Part shown: positions 35,965-47,920 of the stretch, in pieces | Numbering within the stretch: position 1 is the first letter of the stretch | How the letters are laid out: each line of letters opens with the position of its first letter | Origin: Mobula hypostoma | Taxonomy: Eukaryota | NCBI RefSeq assembly: GCF_963921235.1 | Contig: NC_086097.1 | Coordinates: 136,340,001-136,404,000, forward strand | Reading direction: 5' to 3' | DNA: 64,000 bases | Position numbers and translations under genes: made by a program | Notes under the pieces: generated by a model | The model's input: only the letters and a program-made list of their open reading frames with translations | What the model was told of the DNA's origin: nothing | The model's database searches: none

Positions 35965-38724
35965 ACCGAAAAGGGTGGATACAAGACCGAAGGTGTTGTA
36001 TTTGAATGCATGCACTATATGGAATAAGGCAGGTGAACTCGCAGCACAGTTGCCGATCGGCAAGTATGATGTTGTAGGCATCACTGAATCGTGGCTGAAA
36101 GAAGATTACAGCTGAATGTCCAAGGATACAGATTGTATCGAAGGGACAAGCAGGAAGGCAGAACGGGGTGGCGTTGCTCTGTTGGTAAAAAATGAAATCA
36201 AATCATTAGAAAGAGGTGACATCATGTTGGAAGGTGTTATTGTGGATAAAGCTAAGGAATTGCAAGGGTAAAAAGACCCTGATGGAAGTTGTATACAGAC
36301 CCCCAAACAGTAGCAAGGATGTGGCCTACAAACTATAATGGGAAATAGAAAATGTATGTCAAAAGGGCAATGTTACAATAGTCATGGGGTTTTCAATATG
36401 CAGGTAGATTGGGATTACAGGAAGGGGAATTTCTAGAGTGCCTACGGGATGACTTTTTAGAGCAGCTTGTGGTTGATTCCACTAGAGGATCAGCTATTCT
36501 GGATTGGGTGTTGTGCAATGAACTGGAATTGATGAGAGAGCTTAAGGTAAAAGAACTCTTCAGGGATAAGTGATCATAATATGATCGAATTCACCATGAA
36601 ATTTGAGAAGGAGAAACTAAAGTCAGATGTATCAGTATTACAGTGGAGTAAAGGAAATTACTGAGGCATGAGAGAGGAGCTGGCCAGAATTGATTGGAAA
36701 AGAATGCTGGCAGGGATGACAGCAGGGCAGCAACGGCTGGAATTTCTGGAAGAAATTTGGAAGGCTCGGGATACTTACATCATAAAGTGGAAGAAGTACA
36801 GTATTCTAAAGGAAAGGTGACACAAACATGGCTAACAAGAGATGTCAAAAGCCAACATAAAAACCGAAGAGAGGGCATATAATAGAACAAAAGTTAGTGG
36901 GAAGTTAGAGGATTGGAAGATTTTAAAAACCAACAGAAGGCAACTAAAAAGTCATTAAGAAGGTAAAGATGAAATATGAAAGTCAGCTGGTCGACAACAT
37001 TAAAGGGGATACCAGAAGTTTCTTCAGATACATAAAGTGTAAAAGAGAGGCAAGAGTGGAAAATGACACTGAGAGGTAGGGACGGGGGACAAGGAAATAG
37101 CGGGCGAACTGAATTTTGCTTCAGTCTTCACTGTGGAAGACACTAGCAGTATAGTGGAGTTCCAGGTGTCAGAAGTCATGAAGTGTGTGAAGTTAGCGTA
37201 ACTAGAGAGAAGGTTCTGAATGGTCTGAAGATAAATAAATCACCTGGATCAGGTGGTGTACACCTCAGAAAGAAGTGGCTGAAGGTATCATGGAAGCACT
37301 AGTAATGACCTTTCAAAAATCACTGATTCTGGAATGGTTCCAGCTGACTGGAAAATTGCAAATGTTACTCCACTCTTCAAGAAGGGAGAGAGGCAGAAGG
37401 AAGGAAACTATAGGCCAGTTAGTCTGACCTCAGTGTTGGAAGATGTTGGAGTTGATTATTAAGAATGAGGTCTCAGAGTACTTGTAGACACATGATAAAT
37501 TAGGCTGTAGTCAGCATGGTTTCCTCAAGGGAAAATAGTGTCTGACAAATCTGTTGGAATTCTTTGAAGAAATTACAAGAAAGATAGACAATTGAGAATC
37601 GGTTGGTGTTATATCCTTGGATTTTCGGAAGGCCTTTGACAACATGCCACAAATGATACTGCTAACAAACTACAAACTTATGGTATTACAGGAAAGATTC
37701 TAACATGGATAAAGCAGGGACTGATTGGCAGGAAGCAAAGAATGGGAATAAAGGGAACTTTTCCTGGCTAGCTGCTGGTGACTAGTGGTGTTCCACAGGG
37801 GTTTGTGTTGAGACCAACTCTTTTTATGTTATATGTTAATGATTTGAATGATGGAATTAATAGCTTTGTTGAAAATTTTGCAGACAATCTGAAGAAAGGT
37901 AGAGAGGCAAGTAGTTTTTAGGAAGGAGAGAGGCTACAAATGGCAGATGGAATACAGTGTCGGGAAGAATATGCTAGAAGAAGAAATGAAAGGGTTGACT
38001 AGTTTCTAAATGTCAAGAAAATACGCAAAGGGGCTTGTAAGTCCTTGTGCAGGATTCCCTAAAGGTTAATTTGCAGGTTGAGTCTGTGGTGAGGAAGGCA
38101 AATGCAATGTTAGCATTCATTTCAAGAGGACTAGAATATAAAAACAAAGATGTAATGTTGAGATTTATAAAGCACTGGTGAGGCCTCACTTGGAGTATTG
38201 TGAGCAGGTTTGGGCCCCTTATCTTAGAAAGGATGTGCTGACATTGGAGAGAGTTAAGAGGAGGGTCACAAAAATGATTCCAGGATTGAATGGCTTGTCA
38301 TATCAAGAGCATTTGATGGCTGTGGGCCTATATTCACTGGAATTCAGAATAATGAAGAATGACCTCATCAAAAACTATCGAATGGTGAAAGGTCTTGATA
38401 GAATGGTTATGGAGAGGATGTTTCCTATGGTGGGAGAGTCTAAGACCAGAGAACACAACCTCAGAATATAGGGGTGTCATTTTAGAATGGAGATGAGGAG
38501 GAATTTCTTTAGCCAGAGAGTGGTGAATCTGTGGAATTCCTTGCCTCGCACAACTGTGGAGGCCAAGTCTTTATGTATATTTAAGGCAGAGGTTGATAGA
38601 TTCTTGATTGGTCAGGGCATGAAGTGATACAGGGAGAAGGCAGGAGACTGGGGCTGAGAGGAAAATCGGAGCAGACTTGATGGGCCAAATGGCCTAATTC
38701 TGCTCTTGTATCTTATGGTCTTAT
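35965..38724 (+). mobile_element. Degenerate CR1 with near-complete ORF2 (endonuclease plus RT) and 3'UTR
   Basis: KVLYLNACTIWNK..YDVVGITESWL, RT motifs and RPHLEYCEQVWAPYL. Tail cttatggtcttat. Many stops and frameshifts. Confidence 0.92.
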
Positions 38725-39226
38725 AGGAAAGACACCATTAAGCTGGAAAGAATGCAAAAAGGATTCACAAGGTTGTTGCCAGTAATCAAAGGACTAAGTT
38801 ACGGAGAGCTACTGAGCAGGTTGGGACTTTATATATTGGAGTGTGCGAGAAGTAGGGGTGATCTCATAAAATCACAAGGGGAATGGTAGGGTGATTGCAC
38901 ACAGTCTTTTTATTGTAGAGTTGGGGCATCAAGAGCAGGGGGACATAAGCTTAAGGTGAGAGGGAAGAGATTTAATACTGACCAGGAGGGAAACTTCTTC
39001 ATGCAGAGGATGCTCCAAATATGGAATGAGCTGCTGGTGGAAGTGGTTGAGGCTGACACATTAACAATATTTGAAAGAGACTTGGATAGGTACGTGGACA
39101 GTAAACGGTTAGAAGCATATCTGTCAAGAGCAGTCCCATGGGGTTCGCTCAGACAGGAATCTTAATCAGAATGGATGGGTTGGACTGATGGACCTGTTTC
39201 TGTGCTGTATGACTCGATGATTCTAT
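38725..39226 (+). mobile_element. Older CR1 3' fragment
   Basis: GNFFMQRMLQIWNEL, plus the tail cctgtttctgtgctgtatgactcgatgattctatga. Confidence 0.8.
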
Positions 39227-39529
39227 GACCTACAACTTCAAAACTTGTTAAGGACCAAACATTTAAGGCCATTGTTAAAAACTCAACTGGGAGTTGAGGA
39301 GAAATTTCTTTACAAAGAGCAGTGAACTTGACCTATCTGAAAGAGCCATAGGGAACAACAGAGATAGGTTTAAGGATAAAACACAGGAGAGGAGTGAAAG
39401 GATACAGTAATAGGTTGGGTGCAGAGGGTTGGAGAGGAGTGGGAGGAGGTAGAGGGACAGAATGTCCTCCTGTCCAGCTATAACGCGCAACATAATTGAT
39501 CTTGGTGGGGTGTGAGATCACCAAGCAGC

Positions 39530-40758
39530 TGTGCAGCACAGCTTAATGAGGTGCTGATGGATATTTTCAATATCTCTCTGGAACAATCTATTGGCCCCTC
39601 GGTTTTCAAGGCAGCAACCATCATTCCAATGCCAAAGAAGGCAACAGTTTCCTGTCTAAATGGCTATCGTCCTGTGGCATGAATATCAACCATTATGAAG
39701 TGCCTTGAGCAGCCAGTCAAGGAGCACGTTAAAGCCTTTCTCTTGGCTACATTGGACCCTTTCCAGTTCACACCGCTCAAATCAATCCACTGATGATGCA
39801 ATAGTCTCTGCCCTTCACTCTGTTCCACATGCCCAACTTCTATTTATAGACTTCAGTCCGCTGTTTAACGCCATCAAACTCCGAAACAGGTAGGGAAAAT
39901 GTCCTCGCTGGGTCTCAATGCCTCCCTCTATAACTGGATCCTGGACTTTTTAACAGCAAGGCCACAGTCAACCCGTATAGGCTCAGCGTCTCTAGTCCCA
40001 TTAAGCCGAGCACTGGCGCTTTCCAGGACTGTGTGCTCAGCCAGCTGCTGTTCTCAGTGCTGAAGCGTGATAGTGTCGCAGGATTCAGCCCAAGCCATTT
40101 CATCATGTTTGCGGATGGGGCAACAGTGGTCGGCCTCATCAACAACAATGATGAGTCTGATGAGTCAGAGTAGAGAGAGGAAGTGGATGGGGTGAGAACA
40201 ATAACCCAAGTCTGAACGTGGTGAAGATAAAGAAAATGACTGTAGACCAGGGGTGGTGCAGATGAACCACCCCCTCTGCACCAACATGTCTCCTCTGTAG
40301 AGAGAGTTACGTAAATGCACCAAGTTCCTGGGAGTTCACATCATGGACAACCACTCCTGGCCCCTCAATATCACCTTCCTGAACAAGAAGCATGGCAGCG
40401 CCTCCACTTCCTGAGGAATTTGAGGCAAGTGAGGCTTCTCCTCCCCGCCCCCATCTTAACTACATTTTACAGACAAGAACAGTCAGGATGGGAAATGGCT
40501 TCGGAACTCCCTGCTGCATTGCATTCAAAGTGTCACCTGACAATTTGTCCTGTGCCCTACTATATTTAATTTATGCACTTCACTCTGTTTATCTATGTGT
40601 AATTCATTTGTCGATTTAGTTCTTACTTTCCCAGGTTATTGTGTTATATGTGTGTTATGCGTACTACTGTGCTTTACGCCCTGGTTTGAAGAAACATCTC
40701 GTTCAGCGGTGTGCATATAAATAGTTAAATGACAATAAAACTTGACTTGACTTGACTT
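39530..40758 (+). mobile_element. Degenerate Rex1/Babar LINE
   Basis: RT remnants (LLFIDFS..FN; FADG; QRLHFLR). Tail aataaaacttgacttgacttgactt. Confidence 0.82.
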
Positions 40759-41089
40759 ATAAACCTCAGTGGAGCATGCTTCCCTGTCCTGCAGAGATGC
40801 AGACGCACGTGGAGGATATCAGTCAGTGAGTAAAGGGTAGACAAGGGGTGAGGGGAGACATCAGGCACAGGAGCAGGAAGGTGGAACTGCGCCAGAGGCA
40901 ACAGCAGACAGGAAGGGAAGAGAAGGGAAGGCTGTCTGGCTGGCAGGCCGAGAATATTACAAACACTGGGTACTTTCTGTTTCATCGGCTATTTAAACCA
41001 AAGTATTGTATTAGAATATTGCTGTAATGACGATGGTTGTACTGCCTCAGGTTTCACCGATGCTCACCTGTATTGTTTTGTACGTCTGT

Positions 41090-41225
41090 ATTTATGTGTG
41101 TGTGTATATCTCTGTGTGCGAATGTGATTGTGTTTGTGTGTGTGTGTGCCTGTCTGTGTGCCTCTGTGTGAATGTGAGTGTGTATATGTTTGTGTGTTTG
41201 TGTGTATGTCTGCGTGTGTGTGTAT
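41090..41225. repeat. Imperfect (TG)n microsatellite, left part
   Basis: TG-rich tract visible directly. Confidence 0.95.
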
Positions 41226-41244
41226 TTTAAGGAATGTTTTAAGT

Positions 41245-41553
41245 GTGTTTTAAGGAATGCTTTAAGGAAGTGCAAGATCAGACCCGAGGACCTGGAGGAT
41301 GTTGCTGCTGACCATACCACTTGGCGACAGCTGTGCAGGGATGGGGATCGTATTCTGGAGATGGAAAGAACAACCAGAAGACAGCAGATGAGAGCCAGGA
41401 GAAACGCAGCCATGGTTGCCAACTCTGCCACATATACATGTCCCACCTGCAATAGAGCTTGTGGGTCCAGGATAGGACTGTATAGACATCAAAGATCTCG
41501 CCGTTAAAGGAATAGACGTTGTCATCGGATTTTGATGGACAACCGAAGAAGAA
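41245..41553 (+). mobile_element. RTE-clade LINE 3' end inserted in a TG microsatellite
   Basis: LEDVAADHTTWRQLC...YTCPTCNRACGSRIGLYRHQRSRR* is an RTE C-terminal Zn-finger. Short 3'UTR and (gaa)n tail. Confidence 0.88.
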
Positions 41554-41555
41554 AG

Positions 41556-41687
41556 AGTATGTGTTTGTGTGTGTGTGTGTCTGTGTGTGTATCTCTATGT
41601 GTGTGAGTGAGCATGTGTGTGTGTCTCTGAGTGTGAGTATGTGTATTTGTGTGCGTGTGTCTGTGTGTGTCTATGTGTGTGACTGAG

Positions 41688-41725
<38 letters not shown>

Positions 41726-41753
41726 TGTGTATGACAATGTTTGTGTGTGTGTG
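41556..41753. repeat. Imperfect (TG)n microsatellite, right part
   Basis: TG-rich tract including a pure run at about 41690-41723. Confidence 0.95.
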
Positions 41754-42004
41754 CAGGGTAGAGGTACAGATGAACCTCAATTTGTCTGCTCTCCATAGTC
41801 CTGGAGCTGATCTACAACAAGAAAGTCCCAGAAATGGAGAGGGGCAGTGACGTGTTACCATGTGGCTCATGCAGGACAGGAGCAGGAGGAGGTCATTCAG
41901 TAAAACCAGGGCTGATCTCATACTCTGTCCATTCAACCTCCCCAACCTTTCTCCAGATAGGTCCAAGGACAACATAGTCACTGCTCTTTCACCAATACTT
42001 TATA

Positions 42005-42310
42005 TATAGGCATCCGTTAGTCTCATGGGACCATGGATTTGCGCCTTGGAAGGTTTCCAGGGCGCAGGCCTGGGCAAGGTGGTGCGGAAGACCAGTAGTT
42101 GCCCAGCCTGCAAGTCTCCCCTCTCCACGCCACTGATGTTGTCCAAGGGAAGGGTATTAGGACCCATACAGCTTGGCACCGGTGTCGTTGCAGAGCAATG
42201 TGTGGTTAAGTGCCTTGCTCAAGGACACGACATGCTGCCTCAGCCAAGGCTCGAACTAGTAACCTTCAAATCACTAGACGAACGCCTTAACCACTTGGCC
42301 ATGTGCCAAC
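42005..42310 (-). mobile_element. tRNA-derived CORE-type SINE, copy 1
   Basis: Reverse complement of 43291-43596 over its full length. Confidence 0.9.
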
Positions 42311-43290
42311 TCGCTAGTACTACACGGGATGTATACAAGCTGTCCAAACCCTGTTACTGTTCAGACCAGGGAACTGATCTGGAACAATGCTCAGTAGTGG
42401 GGGTCTTAGACAGCCGACGACCATGGTGTGTTCTGATTGCATTTTCAATATTCTGGGAAGGGCTGCTCCACTTCAGGAGAAATTGTCTTCACAAACCTGG
42501 AGACAGGACAGGAGTTAATCTGAGGACAGCAACATCCCAGAAATGTGATCACCCAGGGAGTCTGATGAAGGAGCAAAAAAAAAGGGCACTCACTCCCCAC
42601 ACTTCCCCAACCCCCAACCCTCCAAGATAGTGCCTTGGAATCTTTCACATCCATGTGATGGAGAGGGTGAGCCCCCCACCCCCAAGTTTGCCGACTTCCC
42701 TGGGACCAGGCACCTCACGCAATGTGACCTCAGCATTGAAGAACTGAAGTAACAGCATATTTAATACTTGAAATGGATTGAGGGAGGATACAACATAAGA
42801 TGACCTTGTTCTTCCGTTGTCTGGTCTTCCTGGAAAGAATCCCACATTCCTTGATTTCAGGCTAGAATGTGAAATATTTCTTCACTGGAAGAGATTCCTA
42901 GGTAGGGATGGAGTTTGAGCTGGTCGTTCGTACAGATCACACTCCCACCACCCCCTCTGCCATCCAATCGACAGAGGGACTTCCCAGTGCCTGCTTAACA
43001 GAAGCTTGTGGTTTTGGGCTGAGACAGGGCAGGGAGGGCAAGAAAGGCAGGGTTATTGCCCAAAGAGTCCAGTAGTCCTGAGGAGATTTTCACCCTGAAC
43101 AAGGACTCATAATGAAGAAAATTAAATTGAGTTGGGAGCGACGGCAAAACATGACAGTGGGTGCGCTGGGAGTGTTTTCCACGTGTTTCCTTATGATGTA
43201 ACAAGAAGCCATTTGGGCCACCAACTCTAAACCTGTTCACGTACTAATCCCGTTCTGCACTGACTTTCCCTGCAGCCTATTCCCCAGACG

Positions 43291-43596
43291 TGTTGGCGTG
43301 TGGCCAAGTGGTTAAGGCATTCGTCTAGTGATCTGAAGGTCGCTAGTTCGAGCCTTGGCTGAGGCAGCATGTGTGTCCTTGAGCAAGGCACTTAACCACA
43401 CATTGCTCTGCGACGACACCAATGCCAAGCTGTATGGGTCCTAATGCCCTTCCCTTGGACAACATCGGTGGCATGGAGAGGGGAGACTTGCAGCATGGGA
43501 AACTGCTGGTCTTCCATACAACTTTTCCCAGGCCTGCGCCCTGGAAACCTTCCAAGGTGCAAATCCATGGTCTCATGAGACTAACGGATGCCTATA
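43291..43596 (+). mobile_element. tRNA-derived CORE-type SINE, copy 2
   Basis: A box tggccaagtgg, B box gttcgagcc, CORE-like gtccttgagcaaggcacttaacc, and tail actaacggatgcctata. Confidence 0.9.
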
Positions 43597-43619
43597 CATT
43601 CCCCAGGCACCAGCTACCC

Positions 43620-43815
43620 ACCTACACACTGGGGACAATTAACTGGTGACCAGTTAACCTACTGACCAGCATGTCTTTTGGGATGTGGGAAGAAGCTGGA
43701 GCCTTCACGCGAGAGAACGTGCAAATTCCATACAGACAGCACCCAAGGTCGGGATAGAACCGGCTCTCACGAGCGGTGAGGCAGCAGGTCTTCCAGCTGT
43801 GGATCTGTGCCACTA
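43620..43815 (-). mobile_element. Degenerate V-SINE-like element
   Basis: Reverse complement of the V-domain and tRNA head (gggatgtgggaagaagctggag..gcaaattccatacagacag..gggatagaacc). Confidence 0.65.
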
Positions 43816-44464
43816 GTAAGCAAGTGGCAGAAGGAGCCAGGACAAGCATACAGCAGAGGGTTCACGCGCAAGTGAGAATTATTGGCATCCTGACTCAGAG
43901 TATGCAACAGAAATGTGCCTTGGTATCAGGGGAAATATCGGAAGGCATTCTGCCAATGGGAGCTAGCTTCCTCCTCCGGCAATAAATTAACTCGATCTCT
44001 CCCCCCTCCAGCACCCCTACATTTAACCTTTGCATAGCTCTTCAGTCTGCAGTATCTGTCACTGTCAGTGCTCTGGTTCAGCTGCTCCAGCCCATGAAAG
44101 GGGCATTTTGCTGCTCTGCGTGAACTCTCACAGAGCTTCACAGAATCTTCCAAGACTTTCTGGCAGGGGTCGGTGTACAACCCCAGACCACTTGCCAACA
44201 GTGAGTGCCTGGTATGAAAGGAAGGGTGGCGGGGGGATCTGCAACAGCTCAGCTGCTTCCATCACTGCGTCCCACTATTCTCCGTGATGCGATGCTGAAG
44301 GAGAGCTTTCTTTGTAAATCTGCTCAAGTTGAGCAAGTACGATGAAGTGCAGGTACAATGAAAAACTGGTTGCAGCAACATCACAGGCACACAGTAACAG
44401 ACAACACATGGAACATATTATACATAAAGTGAGCAGGACAGTGATGCAAAAGCACATGCAAAAT

Positions 44465-45085
44465 AGATAGAATAGATAAATAGAAGAGCGGAGCACCAAC
44501 ACAGAGGCTGTGTACAAGAAGGGCCAGAGTCGCCTCTACTTCCTGAGGAGACTGAAGTCCTTTGGAGTATGCAGGCCTCTCCTTCACATGTTCTGCCAGT
44601 CGGTTGTCGCCAGTACAATTGTCTGTGCAGTGGTGTGCTGGGCAATGACATCAACATGGGTGATGCCAACAGGCTCAATAAACTGATTAGAAAGGCTGGC
44701 TCTGTTATAGGAGTCAAACTAGACACACTGGAGGCTGTGGTCGAACAAAGGACCCTACAGAAAATCCTGGCAATTCTGGACAATGTTTCTCACCCTCTGC
44801 ACGCCATCTTGGCTGAACAGAGGAGCACTTTTAGCAGTAGACTGAGACAACTGCGCTGCTCCAAAGAGCGCTATATGAAGTCATCCTTACCCTCGGTCAT
44901 TGGGCTCTATAATGAGTCAACCTATAGCTGGGGAAATGATGACCCCTTCCTGGTAGACTGTTTGAGATAACTTATTTTTTATTCTTTCTTACTTCTCTTT
45001 TGATATTTGTACATTTGTATACCTGTGCTTGTGTATGCTAATGTGACTGTAATTTCCACTGGGATCAATAAAGTATCTATCTATC
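44465..45085 (+). mobile_element. Rex1/Babar-related LINE 3' fragment
   Basis: KKGQSRLYFLRRLKSF; DANRLNKLIRKAGSVIG..HPLH..RLRQLRCSKERYMKSSLP. Tail aataaagtatctatctatc. Confidence 0.85.
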
Positions 45086-46429
45086 GACTACTGCAATTCC
45101 ATGGTAGTGCAAGAGGAAGTCTGTACTGTCTGTTGCTGAGGTAAGCTTTGGCTTGTGCAGGTCACCCAAGAATTGGATGATTGCAGGAGAGTAACCGTTC
45201 CTGAACCTGATGCTGTGGGACTTCAGTAGCCTCCTGTTCCCCTCTGCCACTATATTTCTGAATGGTCCACAAACCTTGAACACTATGTTACTCTCTTCAT
45301 GCACAACCTATTTATTTCCTTTATATATTTCTTATCGTACCTTAGTAATATTTTATGTATTGCACTGTGATGCTGCCACAAAACAACACGTTTCTTGTCA
45401 TACGTCAGTGAAAAAACACCTGGTTCTGAGTCAGATAGACAGTAGCAGAGAGAAGAGGGCATGATTCGGACTTTGGCAACCCTTGATCACAGATGCCACC
45501 TCCTAGATTCGGTGTCACCTCCATATGCTGATAATGATGGGAGAGGGTGTGCCCGTGATCGGCGAGTCCTGGGGTCAATACCCAGAGGCTGGCAACGTCC
45601 AGAGGGCAAAGTCCAAAGCTCAGTAAGTCCAGAGATTGAAGGTGGAAGCCCCTGGGTAAGCTTGCCTGGAGGCCCGATATCAGCAAGCCTGCGAGTCCAG
45701 GCCCAGGATTGGAGGCTGGAGACCCGAAATCTGTGAGCCTGAGAGGGCAGGCCAAGGATTGGAGGCCTGGAAGTGACTTGTCCTGTGGCTGGAGGCCAAT
45801 CTATGCGTGAAAGTGGGTGGGTGGGTGAGAAGGTGGGGAAGCTTGTTTTGCTGTTGTTGTTTTGTATTGTTTTTGTTGCTGCTGTTTGTGTTCTGCTAAA
45901 TTTTGTGGCCATACTGTGTTATACCAGAAGACCATGAAACATTGGAGCAGAATTAAGCCATTTGGCTCAACAAGTATTCTCTGCCAGGATGTGTGGCAAC
46001 ATGTGCGAGCTGCCCTCAGCACTTCCTTGGGTGTGTTGCTTGTTAACGCAAACAACACAGTTCACTGTACGTTTCAATGTACATGTGATAAATAAATCCG
46101 ATGCACGAGGCTGCGTCCTCTCCTCTCTTCATTTGCTTTCTGTTGGAACTGCCATAACTGGCCATGATCAACCAGTCGGGATACTTTGTACGGAGCAGCT
46201 GTAGAAGTTAGTTAGAGTTCCATTGTTGGACTGCACACACGTCAGCCTGAAGAGATGATCTTCCCAGATAGGGCAGAGTAGGGGCCACCACATGGGCTTG
46301 CAGCACACTGAGGAGATCTTCCTCCTGCAGACACAATCTGCCACATGTGGTGTGAGTTGCACAAGACATTGATGAGGTTGTATCTGGAGCATCGTTTTCA
46401 GCTTTGGTCTCCTTGCTCTAGGATAGATG

Positions 46430-47920
46430 CCAATAAGACCATAAGATACAGGAGCAGAATTAGGCAAATTGAGTTTGTTCCACCACTCCACTATGGCTGA
46501 AATATTATTCCTCTCAACCGCATTCTCCTGACTTCTCCGCATAACCTTTGACAAACTTACCAGTCAAGAACCTATCATAGAAAACCTATAGCACAATACA
46601 GGCCCTTCGGCCCACAAAGTTGTGCCAATCTTGTCCCTACCTTAGAAATTACTAGGCTTACCTATAGCCCTCTATTTTTCTAAGCTCCATGTACCTATCT
46701 AAAAGTCTCTTAAGAAACCCTATCGTATCCGCCTCCACCACCGTTGCTGGCAGCCCATTCCGTGTACTCACCACTCTCTGAGTAAAGAACCCCCGACATC
46801 TCCTCTGTACCTACTTCCAAGCACGTTAACCCTGTGTCCTCTTGTGGCAACCATTTCAGTCCTAGGAAAAAGCCTCTGACTATCCACATGATCAATGCCT
46901 CTCATCATCTTATACACCTCTATCAGGTCACCTCTCATCATCTGTCACTCCAAGGAGAAAAGGCCGAGTTCACTCAACCTTTTCTCATAAGACGTGCTCC
47001 CCAATCCAGGCAACATCCTTGTAAATCTCCTCTGCATCCTTTCTATGGCTTCCACATCTTTCCTGTAGTGAGGTGACTAGAACTGAGCACAGTATATCAA
47101 TCTCTGCTTTAAATATACTCAATGACTTGCCTTCCACAGCTGTCTGAAGAATGAATTCCATAGGTTCTGACCTGAGAAATTCCTCCCCATCTCTGTTCTG
47201 AAAGGACAAACCTGTGTTCTGAGGGTGTGCTCTCTGATCCTAGACTCCTCAACAATAGAAAGTATCTTCTCCAGGTCCACTCTATCTAGACCTTCCAAAA
47301 TTTGACAGGTTTCTATGAGATCTTCTCTCATTCCTCTAAAATCCAGTGAGTACAGGCCCAGAGCCATCAAACGCTCCTCATACGTTAACCCTTTCATTCC
47401 CAAGATCATTGTTGTAAATCTTCTCTGGATCCTCTCCAATGCCAGCACATTCTTTTTTAGATACGGGGCCCAAAACTGCTCACAATACTTCAAATGCAGT
47501 CTGCACATTCCCTTATAAAGCCTCAACATTACACCCTTGTTTTTATATTCTAATCCTCTCAGAATGAATGCTAACATTGCATTTGCCTTCCTTACCACCG
47601 ACTCAACCTGCAAGTTAACCTATAGAGAATGTTATACAAGGACTCTCAAGTCCCCTTACATCTCTGATTTCTGAATTAGCTCTCCATTTAGAAAATAGTC
47701 TACGCCTTTATTCCTTCTAGCAAAGTGCATGACCATACACGACCCTACGCTATCTGTCACTTTTTTACCCATTCTAAATTGTCTTAGTCCTTCTGCAGAC
47801 TCCCTGCTTTCTCAACACTACCTGCCCCTCCACCTACCTTTGTATCATCCACAAACCTGGCTACAAAGCCATCAATTGTGTCATCAAATCATTGACATAT
47901 AACATGAAAAGAAGCAGCCC
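46430..47920 (-). mobile_element. Degenerate CR1 3' half, interrupted by a second CR1
   Basis: Minus ORF 47119-47613 VRKANAMLAFI..HLKYCEQFWAPYL. The tail is at about 46435. Confidence 0.9.
46578..47094 (-). mobile_element. CR1 3' fragment nested in CR1, TSD tatca
   Basis: Same subfamily as 6300-6855. tatca occurs at 46573-46577 and 47095-47099, and the host sequence is continuous across the insertion. Confidence 0.85.

Noticed and set aside
41027..41981. Cys/Val- and His/Thr-rich ORFs
   Set aside because: These are translations of (TG)n/(CA)n microsatellite. Only the RTE Zn-finger part is real coding remnant.
42025..42630. 201-aa ORF as a host gene
   Set aside because: The first half is antisense SINE sequence and the rest has no recognisable domain.
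43291..43372. tRNA gene
   Set aside because: A and B boxes are present, but it runs into a SINE body that is duplicated at 42005-42310. It is a SINE head.
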